64,000 bases of DNA from Terriglobia bacterium (GCA_963664115.2 CAXWPJ010000012.1:480001-544000); one strand, 5' to 3'. Shown: positions 40,282 to 50,829, counted from the stretch's first letter. The notes: generated by a model not told the origin, from the letters alone. Numbers and translations: made by a program.

Positions 40282-41069
40282 GTCCGGGTCAGGAGATCGT
40301 TCTCGACGACGCACTCCGGCAACTCCGGCTTCCGGCCATGGTGCGGGAGTGGCGGGAACACGCCCGACAGGCCAAAGAGGCCGGCGAGGGGTACACCGGC
40401 TTTCTATTGGCTCTGGCCAGTCGCGAGCTGGAACAGCGGCAAGCCAATCAGGTCCAGCGTCGACTGCGGGAGGCCCGGTTTCCACTGCTCAAGACCCTGG
40501 AGACCACGGACCTGAAGAAGTGGCCGGTGCTCGATGCGGTCCAGGTTCGCGACTACGCCGAGTGCGGCTACATCACCCGGCGCGAGAACGTCGTGCTGTT
40601 GGGCAAGCACGGCACCGGCAAAACCCATGCCGCCACCGTGCTGGGTGTGGAAGCCTGCCGGAGGGGCTACCGCGTCGGGTTCACCACGGCCGCCGGGCTG
40701 GTCAACACCTTGATCGAGTCACGTGAGGAGCGGCAACTGAAGCGGCATCTGGCGAAGCTGGCCCGCTTCGAACTGCTCATCGTGGACGAAGTCGGCTATA
40801 TCCCGTTCTCGGCCGAGGGGGCGCAGTTGCTGTTTCAGGTCTTCTCGGACCGCTACGAAAAGGGTTCGCTGATCGTCACATCGAACCTGCCGTTTGCACA
40901 GTGGACCAGCGTCTTCGGTGACGCCGCACTGACTGCAGCCCTGCTGGACCGGCTCACCCATCACTGCGCCATTCACCAGTTCGATTGGGAAAGTATCCAG
41001 GTTACCGACAGCCTCGGTGCCGCCAGCAAACGGAAGAAGAAACCCCGGTCCGCCGGAGGATCCGCGTGA
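40278..41069 (+). CDS. istB: IS21 helper ATPase IstB
   Basis: GKHGTGKTH, LLIVDEVGY, TSNLPF..W, LLDRLTHH. Confidence 0.95.
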   Translation: MSPGQEIVLDDALRQLRLPAMVREWREHARQAKEAGEGYTGFLLALASRELEQRQANQVQRRLREARFPLLKTLETTDLKKWPVLDAVQVRDYAECGYITRRENVVLLGKHGTGKTHAATVLGVEACRRGYRVGFTTAAGLVNTLIESREERQLKRHLAKLARFELLIVDEVGYIPFSAEGAQLLFQVFSDRYEKGSLIVTSNLPFAQWTSVFGDAALTAALLDRLTHHCAIHQFDWESIQVTDSLGAASKRKKKPRSAGGSA

Positions 41070-41661
41070 AAACCGCGGGCGCAGCCGGCTGTGGAAACTG
41101 CCGCCCCCATGGAAACCCGCTGCAAAGCCAGCGCGTTCCCACAGTGGCTTGGAAGCCTTCGGCTCCCACACTTCCCACAGCCTCGACGGCGGATTTACTT
41201 ACAAACCATTAACCAGGGGGTGGGTCCCTTTTACTCGATCGGGGTGGGTCCTTTTTACGTTGTCAAAGCGACTCGCCCAAAGGTCCTTCGTGTATAGGAC
41301 TCCACGAGTCCCCGATTGACCTATAGATGAAGGTGTATTGGGCCGGGAAGGAACCATCCTCTCTTGAGGTTCTGAAGGATCTAAAACCAAGAAATTCGAT
41401 TCTGACCGCCGCCGGTTCACCAAAAGCTTCGACAAATGTCTCTTCCGTGAAAGATCCGGGTAGCAACTGTTCCCAACTTTGAGACTGTCCCACAACTGGG
41501 CCCGACACGAGAACGGCGATAACACCAACGAAACATGCCATTGACCTGAGATCAACGCGTGGAAGGACTCCTGAGTGTGGCGGCAGAATATATCCCATTT
41601 TGGGATATTACATTAGGCAAAGGTAAAAGCAAGGGCTTCAGACCCTCTGTGAGGCGAAGCC

Positions 41662-41883
41662 CTGAAAGACGCGCAATACCGCAGACGCTACCGAGCCTTC
41701 CTCAAACGGCTAAAACAGGCACGTCTAGACGCCAACCTGACGCAGGCCGAAGTCAGCCGCAGAATCGGCAAGCCCCAATCTTTCCTATCTAAAATCGAAA
41801 CTGGCGAGCGAAGGGTGGATTTCGTTGAGCTTCAGGAGTTGGCGCGAGTCTATCGGAAAGACGTTTCTTTCTTTACCGATTAA
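41662..41883 (+). CDS. XRE-family helix-turn-helix regulator (start uncertain)
   Basis: Translated by hand: RLKQARLDANLTQAEVSRRIGKPQSFLSKIETGERRVDFVEL. Confidence 0.8.
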   Translation: MKDAQYRRRYRAFLKRLKQARLDANLTQAEVSRRIGKPQSFLSKIETGERRVDFVELQELARVYRKDVSFFTD

Positions 41884-41994
41884 TGCTATCCCGCCACGTT
41901 CCCCCAAGTACTCAAACCAACCACTCATTTTCAAAGTGCTTTACTTGACAGTTTGAGTGAATGTGTGACTTTTATGGAGCTTGAGGATATCTAA

Positions 41995-42124
41995 TTGAAT
42001 TGGCCAATTCGGAGTCACTCCCGCAGTCAGGTAGATAAAGCCGGTCTGATGCTCCGCAAAGTCAGCAATGAAATTGCGAGCGGGGTAGTAGTCCAGAATT
42101 ATTTGGACTTTCACAAGGCATATC
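41995..42124 (+). pseudogene. 5' remnant of a possible RelA/SpoT-domain protein, cut by IS256
   Basis: W....HSRSQVDKAG..L resembles the N-terminus of these proteins. Confidence 0.45.
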
Positions 42125-43509
42125 GAGTTATTGTCAAAAGTGGTGTTTAGGAGATTGATTCAAGCGGCGGCCTGATCGACTTGTGTCGCTTCGACACCAT
42201 CGTTGAATTTCACTCCGATGATTACCTTGCTCAGATCATCGAATCCTCGTAATCGTCGCCAATTGTTCTCAGCGCACTGGCCCAGTTTGAACATCATGTG
42301 CAGCATGCCATCCCGTGTCAGGCAACCTCTGGATCGCTTCGTTCGGTGTCGAATGGTGGCAAAGGTCGACTCAATGGGATTCGTCGTTCTGATGCTCTGC
42401 CAGTGCTTGGCCGGAAAGTCGTAAAAGGCCAGCAGTTCCTCTCTGTCTTTCTGCAGGCAGAGTGTGGCTTTCGGATACTTCGGTTCATAGGTTTCAATGA
42501 ACAAGTCGAATGCCTTCTCGGCGTCTGCCTTCGTCTCGGCCTGCCAGATCGAGTGCAGGGCCTGTTTCGCCTTCGCCTGGACCGACTTGGGCAGGCAGTT
42601 GAGGACGTTCATGACTTTGTGCATCCAGCAACGTTGTTGACGTGTCTCGGGATAGATTTCCTCCAGTGCGGCCCAGAACCCCATCGCACCGTCACCGATG
42701 GCCAACTTCGGAACATTCATCCCACGGGACTTCAGCTTCAACAAGACCTCGCGCCAACTCTGTGTCGATTCCCGTACACCGTCTTCGATCGCCAGGAAAC
42801 GCTTCTCTCCGCGTTCATTCACGCCGATCACGACCAATGCACACAACTTGGTTTGTTCCGCCCGAAGTCCGCTGTAGATGCCGTCGGCCCAGACATAGAC
42901 CCAGCGATCTGCATCCAAACGCTCCTCGCATCCGAGGCGGTACTGTTCGCCCCAAACCTGTTTCAACCGCGATACCGTGCTCGCCGACAGACCCTGCGCC
43001 TGGGGACCGACAAGAACTTTTAGGGCCTCACCCATCTCGCCGCTGGAAACGCCTTTCAAATACAACCACGGCACCGCTGCTTCCAGCGACTTCGTCTTCC
43101 GAATGTACGGTGGTACCAGGGCCGATCGGAACGTCACAGCTTCGCCCGTCTTGGCACGGACCTTCGGGATTTGGACTGTTACCGGACCCAATCCCGTCTG
43201 CAGTTCGCGTTCCGGCAGATAACCGTTGCGTACCACCCCGGCGTTTCCTGTCTCAGTTCGCCGGCCACCGTGCTGGGATAGCAGCTCTGCCAATTCGGCT
43301 TCCACTGCGCGTTGGATCAGTTGCTGTGCCCCAACTCGTAGTAGTTCTGTTACTGGATCCTCAATCGTTTCTCGACCTTCCGGTCCATTCACGTTACTCT
43401 TGCTCACAGTGGCGTATCTCCTATGGTTGCTTTGAAGTTTTGTCACAACAAATCAACCAGATACGCCGCTCTTATTCAATCCCTCAAACACCAGATTCGG
43501 TTATAACTC
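42125..43509 (-). mobile_element. IS256-family element
   Basis: IRs gagttattgtcaaaagtggtgttt / gagttataaccgaatctggtgttt; no matching target duplication. Confidence 0.9.
42160..43407 (-). CDS. IS256-family transposase
   Basis: RNGY, WADG, GDGAMGFW, QRCWMHK, IRTTNPIES. Confidence 0.95.
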   Translation of the reverse strand: MSKSNVNGPEGRETIEDPVTELLRVGAQQLIQRAVEAELAELLSQHGGRRTETGNAGVVRNGYLPERELQTGLGPVTVQIPKVRAKTGEAVTFRSALVPPYIRKTKSLEAAVPWLYLKGVSSGEMGEALKVLVGPQAQGLSASTVSRLKQVWGEQYRLGCEERLDADRWVYVWADGIYSGLRAEQTKLCALVVIGVNERGEKRFLAIEDGVRESTQSWREVLLKLKSRGMNVPKLAIGDGAMGFWAALEEIYPETRQQRCWMHKVMNVLNCLPKSVQAKAKQALHSIWQAETKADAEKAFDLFIETYEPKYPKATLCLQKDREELLAFYDFPAKHWQSIRTTNPIESTFATIRHRTKRSRGCLTRDGMLHMMFKLGQCAENNWRRLRGFDDLSKVIIGVKFNDGVEATQVDQAAA

Positions 43510-43605
43510 GGCGGAAACAGCACGATGGTCCTATCCGATCGAGCAGAAAGCTGATAGCCTACCCGAAAATTTAGATCGGTTTAAGCACCCGTGGAGGATC
43601 ATTTC

Positions 43606-44646
43606 ATGGACTCACGAATCATCCAGATTGCAATCGCCTTGGCTGTGGCCGTCATGCTCTCTCCAATCGCAATGGCGCAGTCGGACGACACGATGGCCGT
43701 TGTCGATGGTGTGACCTTTAGCGAAGCCGACGTCAGGGCGGCAGCCGCCGCAGGGTTGGACAGACTCCTCACCCAGCGCGCGCAGTTCTTAGCCACCTCA
43801 AGAGCCGAAGAACATGCAATCCTCGAAGAAGCTCTGAAGGGCATGATCACCGACCGACTTCTGGAGACGGAAGTCGAGAATCGCGGTATTCCCTTGGACG
43901 AACTCGTGGCGCTCGAAGTTGCAGCGAACACGCCTGTGCCCACCGAAGAGGAAGTTCTATACTTTTACAACCTGAACCGCGAGTCGCTCTCTGGAGTTTC
44001 ACTGGAAGTGGGTCAGGCTCAGGTGCGAGATTTCCTGAGTCGACGAAACTACGATCAGACGCTGGAAAACTACATCGAGAGTCTGAGTGAAGAGCACGGG
44101 GCCCAGTCTTTTCTGGGTCCGTATCGATTCGATATCGAAACCGATGGCCACCCCTCGATCGGATCTCCGGACGCTCCTGTGACAATCGTCGAATTTTCAG
44201 ACTTCGAATGCCCGTTCTGCCGCCGGGCCGAGCCGGTCATCAAACAGATTCAGGAAGAGTATGGCGATCAGGTGCGGCTCGTGTACCGCCAGTTTCCGCT
44301 CAATGACATCCATCCCCGCGCCCAGAAAGCGGCCGAGGCGTCTCTGTGCGCCGATGAGCAGGGGCGGTTCTGGGATATGCATGATGCGCTATTTTTAGAA
44401 CCGGTGGAATTAGAGGTCGCCAGCCTCAGGGAGAAATCCGCCGCAATCGGCTTGGACACAGAAGCCTTCAACGCATGCCTCGAGTCATCCAAGTACGTGA
44501 ACCGCGTGCTCGCGGACGTCAGAGCGGGAATCCTCGCGGGCGTCAACGGCACTCCGACACTGTTCATCAACGGCCGTCCTGTTTCAGGCGCCCAGCCGAT
44601 TGAGTCCTACACCGAAATTATCGACGACGAACTGGACCTGAATTAA
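43606..44646 (+). CDS. DsbA/thioredoxin-domain protein with helical N-terminal extension
   Basis: VTIVEFSDFECPFC, RQFPL..IH, GTPTLFING. Confidence 0.9.
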   Translation: MDSRIIQIAIALAVAVMLSPIAMAQSDDTMAVVDGVTFSEADVRAAAAAGLDRLLTQRAQFLATSRAEEHAILEEALKGMITDRLLETEVENRGIPLDELVALEVAANTPVPTEEEVLYFYNLNRESLSGVSLEVGQAQVRDFLSRRNYDQTLENYIESLSEEHGAQSFLGPYRFDIETDGHPSIGSPDAPVTIVEFSDFECPFCRRAEPVIKQIQEEYGDQVRLVYRQFPLNDIHPRAQKAAEASLCADEQGRFWDMHDALFLEPVELEVASLREKSAAIGLDTEAFNACLESSKYVNRVLADVRAGILAGVNGTPTLFINGRPVSGAQPIESYTEIIDDELDLN

Positions 44647-45184
44647 GAAGACTGGCAGCCGTTTTTGGGAAGGCCCCTCGCTGGATGTCGCTCACCGCGA
44701 CCCACCCGGGAACCTCTGGACTCCAATAGCTTTCCAACCGGTCAATTAGCTCGTCCCCGCCCCCGGTCAGCCTCATCATGCCTCGATTCTTCCGCGAAAT
44801 GAAGTTCCCGCGTGGCCCACAAGAACTTTGATTTTCATCAGTAATCCTGCTTGATTTTTCTGGTTTTGAAGTCCGTATTCACCATCCCGAGAGCCGAATC
44901 ATCCCTTACGTTCAAGGATTTGACATCGGCAGACCCAGCATAACTATAATTCCAGTAAAACGCCTTGTTTTGTCGCACTTACCTCACCTTAAAAAGATTG
45001 CGATATGCGTTGACAGATGACATGGATTAGGGCAAAGTCGTAGGCCTTAGCAGTAGGACATTTGCCATTACTTTCCGAACTGGCCTCGACTCTTGGACGG
45101 ACCGAAGGCCTAAGTGGACCCCGCCTCACGGATGACGGCTCGGTCGAGAACCTTACAGTAGGACATCCAAATAAGGAACTGGTT

Positions 45185-47182
45185 ATGAAGATAAGATTCT
45201 TCCTTCCCGTGCTTGTCATCTTGTTGTTGTTGGTAGTGCCAACGGTGCTTCAGGCACAGATCACAGCCGACTTTAAGTTCTGGGACGTGGGGTTGGGCGC
45301 GCCTGACTTTGGCTGGGATCCAAACCAAAGCGTTGCCGATGTGGGCGGCTTGACAAGCCACTTCAGCACCACGGACCTGACGATCGCCTCGGTGTACGAG
45401 AACACGTTCTGCCCGGGCGGCCCATGTGGCGTCACCTACTGGCAACCCGATACGAACCAGTTCCGGTGCTACGGTTATTCCAGTGGAGCCATGACAGGTG
45501 TGGACATCAACCAGTCGGCCCCGGTCGTGACCGATGGCGGGGGGCAGGTCTTCCAGCCCGGTGACACCTGGCTCTTCAAGAGCAGTTTCAGGTCGCTGGG
45601 CTCGGACCCGACACCAGGTTGCAGCGGCGCCTGCTCCCTCACCGTGCACTTCAAGGGTACAGACAAATTCCGATCGTGGGAAGCCGGTACCGGCGTTCTG
45701 GGTGGGAAAGTGAACCAGGTGACGGGCGAGGTCTGGTATGCGGATCAGGGTCCGGGTGTTGTGGGGCTTTTCAAGCCCCTGGACAATAAGGTTCTGCGCT
45801 GGGCCACGGGAGGCACGCCTCAGTTCATCGTGACGGACGACCTTGGCCGTGCTTATGTAACGAACGGAACACAGGATGCCGTTGTCCGCATCGATCCCAT
45901 TACGAACGAAGTCAGGACCTGGGTTGCGCCCGGTCTTGGACTTCGAGGTAGCGCGTCATTTTTCAACGCGGATGGAATTACGATCGACGCCGACGGCAAC
46001 ATCTGGTTCAGCGAAACCGATACAAGCCAGATTGCCCGTTTGAATCCCGTGAGCAACGAGATCTGCGAATACACGAATAGTGAGGTTGGCGAGCCACGTA
46101 AAATCGCGGTGTCCGGCAGCACTGTGGGCCTCGACAAGCAGGTATTTTTCACCAACGGCTTCAACGACGGCATTGGACCTGCGCCTGCCCCTCCTGCGCC
46201 TGCCTCTCCTGGCGCCGTTAGCATATTGACCGAGCCTGAAGCCGACTTGTTAGGTGCGGCGAATCGTGTCTGCACACCAGTTACTCCGACGATTGCAACG
46301 ATTGCTCCCACCTTGACGGACCTTCCTTTCTTCGATCGCCTTCAAACGGCGGCGGTCAAAGAGATTACGCCGACAACGGCCACGGTTACGGGAACCGACG
46401 GAGGCATAGCCGGAAGTGGGGCAACTGTGACCGATCCCGGCGGCCTTTCTATTCCGCCGATCCTTAGATTCGAGATTCCGAGTCCGCACTACAATCCGAT
46501 CGGTATGACCGAGGTCGCGGCAGCGAGCACGGTTTTTGGTAGTTTGATCGGTTCGGACGATCAGTTCCAGATGACCAGCAGCGCCATCATCGCGCCGCCG
46601 ACCGACACGGACACCGATGACGATGGTATCCCGGACGACGAAGATAACTGTCCGTTGACGCCAAACCCCTTGCAGGTGGACCTTGACGGGGATGGTGTCG
46701 GCGATGATTGTGATAATTGTCCCACGACAGCCAATGCGGACCAGTTGGATCTGGATGGCGACGGCTTTGGCGACGATTGCGATCTGTGTAAATTCGATCC
46801 GGACAACGACGCCGATGGTGACTCAATTTGCGGAGATACTGACATCTGTGCGGCGACGGCTATTCCCGAAAGCGTCCCGACAGACAGGCTGGGTACGAAC
46901 CGATTCGCCCAGACCGACGCAAGCCCGGCATTCGAAACGACCGCGCCGAAGGGCGGTGGGAAGGGTCCGCGGAAGTCGTTCAGCATCGCCGATACCCGCG
47001 GATGCAGTTGCGAGCAGATCATCACGGTTCTGGATCTCGGCAACGGTCACACCAAGTTCGGCTGCAGTATCAGTGCGATGGAAGACTTTGTCGCCCTGGT
47101 GGATGCCGGCACCTTTGATGACAAGTTGGGTGGGGAAGAACTCACCTTGACCGAATTGATGTTCTGCGCGGCCAGCCACTGA
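45185..47182 (+). CDS. Secreted protein with Vgb-like beta-propeller and thrombospondin type-3 Ca-binding repeats
   Basis: GITIDADGNIWFSE; DTDDDGIPDDEDNCP..PN..Q.DLDGDGVGD.CD repeats. Confidence 0.8.
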   Translation: MKIRFFLPVLVILLLLVVPTVLQAQITADFKFWDVGLGAPDFGWDPNQSVADVGGLTSHFSTTDLTIASVYENTFCPGGPCGVTYWQPDTNQFRCYGYSSGAMTGVDINQSAPVVTDGGGQVFQPGDTWLFKSSFRSLGSDPTPGCSGACSLTVHFKGTDKFRSWEAGTGVLGGKVNQVTGEVWYADQGPGVVGLFKPLDNKVLRWATGGTPQFIVTDDLGRAYVTNGTQDAVVRIDPITNEVRTWVAPGLGLRGSASFFNADGITIDADGNIWFSETDTSQIARLNPVSNEICEYTNSEVGEPRKIAVSGSTVGLDKQVFFTNGFNDGIGPAPAPPAPASPGAVSILTEPEADLLGAANRVCTPVTPTIATIAPTLTDLPFFDRLQTAAVKEITPTTATVTGTDGGIAGSGATVTDPGGLSIPPILRFEIPSPHYNPIGMTEVAAASTVFGSLIGSDDQFQMTSSAIIAPPTDTDTDDDGIPDDEDNCPLTPNPLQVDLDGDGVGDDCDNCPTTANADQLDLDGDGFGDDCDLCKFDPDNDADGDSICGDTDICAATAIPESVPTDRLGTNRFAQTDASPAFETTAPKGGGKGPRKSFSIADTRGCSCEQIITVLDLGNGHTKFGCSISAMEDFVALVDAGTFDDKLGGEELTLTELMFCAASH

Positions 47183-47210
47183 CATTTTCGTTGGTTGGTT
47201 CGTGAAAAAC

Positions 47211-47255
47211 AGGGGAGGGACGGGTTTTAGTCGGCCCGTGCTTCCCCTTTGTTTT
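47211..47255 (+). terminator. Probable intrinsic terminator
   Basis: aggggagggacggg...cccgtgcttcccct hairpin followed by ttgtttt. Confidence 0.6.
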
Positions 47256-47283
47256 CGGTCGACGATTTCTTACGATCAAGGGC

Positions 47284-48639
47284 GTGATGAATTATTCCTC
47301 TAGAAACGTCGCCACCTCTCTGCAGGTGGTCGTTCTTTCAGTGTTAACGGTTTTTTTCGCGGGCAGTTCACTCATGCCGGCGAGCATGGGCCGGCAGGGG
47401 CCCGATCAAGTGGCCGCGCCGGTCCCCCCGTTCACCGCCCCCGTCCTCCTGATGGACACGGAAAGCGCCGAACCCCTTCTGGAAGACCTGTCGGTGCGTT
47501 TCGTGGACGCCCGGGATCCATTCGAGTACCAGCGGGGCCACCTTCCCGGCGCTGTCAGTCTTCCGGTGAGCGCCTTTGTCAATACCGAGAGTCGTATCCG
47601 GGGCGAGTTGATGTCTGCCGAAAGGCTCGCTTTGCGAATCGCAGTACGCGGCATCGGCCGCGACGCGCACGTTGTCGTCTACGATGCCCAGGGAGGGCGC
47701 CTGGCGGCTCGCATCGTGTGGATACTTCATTACCTCGGGCATCCGCTCGTAAGTGTACTGGAGGGCGGTCTGACGAAATGGCAGGCCGAAGGGCGTCGGG
47801 TCACACAAGAAATCTTCCCTATCGAACGGGAATCCTTCCCCGTGGATCTTGTGCCGAGACGGATTGCGAACGCCGATTGGGTTCTGGATCACCTCGATGA
47901 TCCGGATGTGGTCCTCATCGATGCGCGGACGGAAGATCTTTTTGACCGGGATCATATCCCGGGTGCCGTCAACCTGTTCTGGCAGCGTTTTCTGAATCCC
48001 GAGATGACGTGGTGGCAACCGACCGAGGTACTCGAGGCGATGCTGGAAGAGGCGGGTGTCACTAAGGACAAAGAAATCGTGATCTATTCGGAGATCGGTG
48101 AAACAAATGCGCTGCCCTACCTCGTCCTTCGAGCGATGGGTTACCCACGTGTCCGAAGTTACGAACGCGGTTGGGCCGAGTGGGAAACTGACGTGTCGCT
48201 TCCTCGCGCTGGAAAGGCGTCCCCTCCGGTGCAGCTCCTGCGTGCGGCTTTCCGCGCCAACCGGTGCGCGAACTGTCATCGATTGTTACCGCGGGCCGAC
48301 TTCATGCGGCCGCGGCCGCGTGGTGAAATCCAAACGTGTTCCTCCGCCTGCCATACGCTTCCCTCTTCTGCAGCTCCCAGTCAGCTTGTGTTCGAGGAGG
48401 CCGTGGCGTCTGCCAGGTCGGGAACCGGCTGTAGCTTGCTCATGGGCAAGATCGGAACGATGGCCACGATGGAACCCCATGCGGCGGAACTGGCGATGGA
48501 CGCTTTTGTGGACCATGGGTGTGCGCGGTGTCACGAGACTGGGAGTGGGAATGCGACCGACGCGAAGTTGAACGCGATCGGTCTGGGATTTCAGGACCAG
48601 AATCTGGATTGTCTGGACATGATGTTCGTAATGAATTGA
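47284..48639 (+). CDS. Exported tandem rhodanese-domain protein fused to a c-type heme domain
   Basis: DAR...GHLPGA twice; YERGWAEW; CANCH, CSSACH and CARCH motifs. Confidence 0.8.
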   Translation: MMNYSSRNVATSLQVVVLSVLTVFFAGSSLMPASMGRQGPDQVAAPVPPFTAPVLLMDTESAEPLLEDLSVRFVDARDPFEYQRGHLPGAVSLPVSAFVNTESRIRGELMSAERLALRIAVRGIGRDAHVVVYDAQGGRLAARIVWILHYLGHPLVSVLEGGLTKWQAEGRRVTQEIFPIERESFPVDLVPRRIANADWVLDHLDDPDVVLIDARTEDLFDRDHIPGAVNLFWQRFLNPEMTWWQPTEVLEAMLEEAGVTKDKEIVIYSEIGETNALPYLVLRAMGYPRVRSYERGWAEWETDVSLPRAGKASPPVQLLRAAFRANRCANCHRLLPRADFMRPRPRGEIQTCSSACHTLPSSAAPSQLVFEEAVASARSGTGCSLLMGKIGTMATMEPHAAELAMDAFVDHGCARCHETGSGNATDAKLNAIGLGFQDQNLDCLDMMFVMN

Positions 48640-48670
48640 CGCGAAGTAGAAAACGAGAGGAGATGGTAGG

Positions 48671-49684
48671 ATGACCGGCCTGAAGAATAGATTCTCCTGC
48701 GTGGCCTTGATCGCGTCTATGGTTCTTGCCACTACAGTTTCGATGCCGGCGAAGTCTTTCGCCCAAGGGGGATGTGGCGCCTTTTGTCTCCCTCAGGAAC
48801 TGTTCAATCAGGGCGGGTCCGCTTCGGACTTCAGTCGGTTTCGGTTTCTCCTCAACAACGAATACGTGGATCTGGACGGCTACTACGAGGGATCCGATCC
48901 GATCGCGAACCCCAGTCAAGCTGCCGCGATCATCAATATAACGACATTCGATGTGAACGTCGCATTGACCGAGCGATGGTCGGTTGATGCTCTTGTGCCG
49001 TGGATCCGGAAGACTCAGAACAATCGCCGTTTTGGACAGCGTCGTGCCGATGGTGTGGGTGATATTGCGATAATCAACAATATTTCACTGGTGGCTCCGC
49101 TCTCCGCCGACCGGATTTCCGTACGAGTGGGCCTTAAGTTCGCCACCGGGGACATTGAAGAGCCCAGCGCGACCAATAAGCTGCCGAATCCGTTCCAGAC
49201 GGGTTCCGGCGCTGAAGACTTCCTTGTCGGGTTGAACTATTTCCGGTCGCTGGGGCGTGTGCGCGTCTACGGAAATTGGATGTCCCGATTGCCGCTCACC
49301 GAGAACAAGTTCTATTACACATTTGGAAACGAGCATCGCATTCAGGGTGGAGTCGAGATTCCCCTGGCACAGACCACACGTGCAGGGTTTGAAGCACTCC
49401 TCGGAATTGCAACGAACTTCATGGGTCACGACCAGACTCAGAGTGGCGACGTTCCTGCGCGCTTGCTCGACGGAGAAACCGTGTTGAACACCGGAGGGAA
49501 CTGGGTGGATTTCACGCCGGGACTTCGTGTGAATCTGGCAAGAGGGTGGTTTGCCCAGGGCCGGGTCCACATTCCGATGTACGAAGACTGGCATGGAGAG
49601 CGGTCCCGTGGTGTGGGCCAGGTTCGGCCTGGCAGCCGATTGCAATTGACGGTTGGCCTTGACCTCAGGCCGTCGCAACGTTAA
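48671..49684 (+). CDS. Putative outer-membrane beta-barrel with N-terminal CxxxC
   Basis: Signal peptide, GGCGAFC, G.GDI, GLKFATG, QTGSG, alternating beta-strand pattern. Confidence 0.65.
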   Translation: MTGLKNRFSCVALIASMVLATTVSMPAKSFAQGGCGAFCLPQELFNQGGSASDFSRFRFLLNNEYVDLDGYYEGSDPIANPSQAAAIINITTFDVNVALTERWSVDALVPWIRKTQNNRRFGQRRADGVGDIAIINNISLVAPLSADRISVRVGLKFATGDIEEPSATNKLPNPFQTGSGAEDFLVGLNYFRSLGRVRVYGNWMSRLPLTENKFYYTFGNEHRIQGGVEIPLAQTTRAGFEALLGIATNFMGHDQTQSGDVPARLLDGETVLNTGGNWVDFTPGLRVNLARGWFAQGRVHIPMYEDWHGERSRGVGQVRPGSRLQLTVGLDLRPSQR

Positions 49685-49690
49685 GTAGGG

Positions 49691-50624
49691 GTGAGGGATA
49701 TGCCTAGAGGTTCCGTTATGTGTATGGACAGGAATTGGAATACGTTGCTGTGGGGCCTTGTCCTGGCGCTTGTCGCACCTGTGCTTGCTTATGGCCAGGA
49801 GGCCCATATAGAAGACGCGTTCGGGATTGATGTGAATGCACCTGAACTCACCCCGGAGGAGATGCGGGCGGTCGAGTACCTCCAGGAAGATTGGGACAGG
49901 GAATTCAGAGTGACAGCTGTCGATCAGGCGATGGGCGCGGTGGGTTTGCCGCCGTCTGCGGAAACCCGATTTCGAATTGGCGATTATCTTCGAGCTCACC
50001 CGGAGACACACAAGGCCCTGAGGGACTGGGGATGGATGACGATCGTACTGACGCCGCACGAAAAATTGATTGCACGACTTACGATCGATGCAGAACGGAC
50101 CGGAGGGGACTTTCCGAGTCTCACATATCTAGCTGATTTAATCGGAATTGAAGAGGGCGCAGTGTCTGACGGCTTCGCGATGCTCGAACGCTGGGGCATG
50201 CTGAAACGAGACGCGAGTTTGCCGGCCCCGGGGGTATCGTGCCACTTCCGAAAGCTATCTGAACTGGGAACCTCGCCTGGATTTTCTCTACCACACCGTC
50301 CAGCGCTCCGACGGAACAGCATTCAATATATTCTGTGCCGGTGACTTCATGATACTGGCCGTAAACGAATTGTCTGAAGAGCGGCTGGTGATTGAGGATT
50401 CTTCGCTGCTTGACGGACGACCGATTCGTATCGAAATCGACCGGGGCGAACTTGTCAATCTCGAACCCCGGGCGACGGTGATCTTCCTGGGTGGTGGCTG
50501 AGGGTTTACGAACCTCTTCAGTTCTGAAGGGGCATTGAGACAGTGGCTCCTACGGAATCCCGACCTTGAGGAAATGCCGTTCTTTCCGGTCCAAAGAGTG
50601 TTCCAGTTTCTCTTGAACCCGTAA
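49691..50624 (+). CDS. MerB (organomercurial lyase)-like protein, candidate selenoprotein; one frameshift near 50230 and an in-frame TGA at 50499
   Basis: Translated by hand in the +1 frame: HTV...NIFCAGD...GRPIRIEID.GEL..LEP.ATVIFLGGG*GFTNLFSSE.AL.QW; TAA at 50622-50624. Confidence 0.7.
50513..50532 (+). promoter_or_regulatory. Putative bacterial SECIS hairpin
   Basis: cctcttca-gttc-tgaagggg: 8-bp stem with a G-initiated loop, starting 11 nt after the TGA. Confidence 0.6.
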
Positions 50625-50829
50625 GTTAGATTTAGACTTCAGAGGAACAACGGCTGTCCCGTTTCGGACGCCCAGCCGTTTGTGTCGTACGCCGCGCTTA
50701 TCGACGACGAACTGGACTTGAACCGACAAGAGAAGTAACGGCGCCGTTGCCGTCAAGACGCTGCATGATGAAGCCCTCACCACCGAATAGTCCTGCGCCC
50801 AGCCGTCGCCGGAACGCAATGCCATTCGA

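Larger units (their letters stand above)
38628..41271 (+). mobile_element. IS21-family element
   Basis: Imperfect IRs with repeated aaaagggacccacc motifs at both ends; istA-istB pair; no target duplication seen; ends approximate. Confidence 0.9.

Noticed and set aside
50221-50240. Programmed frameshift in the MerB-like gene
   Set aside because: No standard slippery heptamer; a homopolymer indel, real or sequencing, is more likely given other frameshifts in the window.
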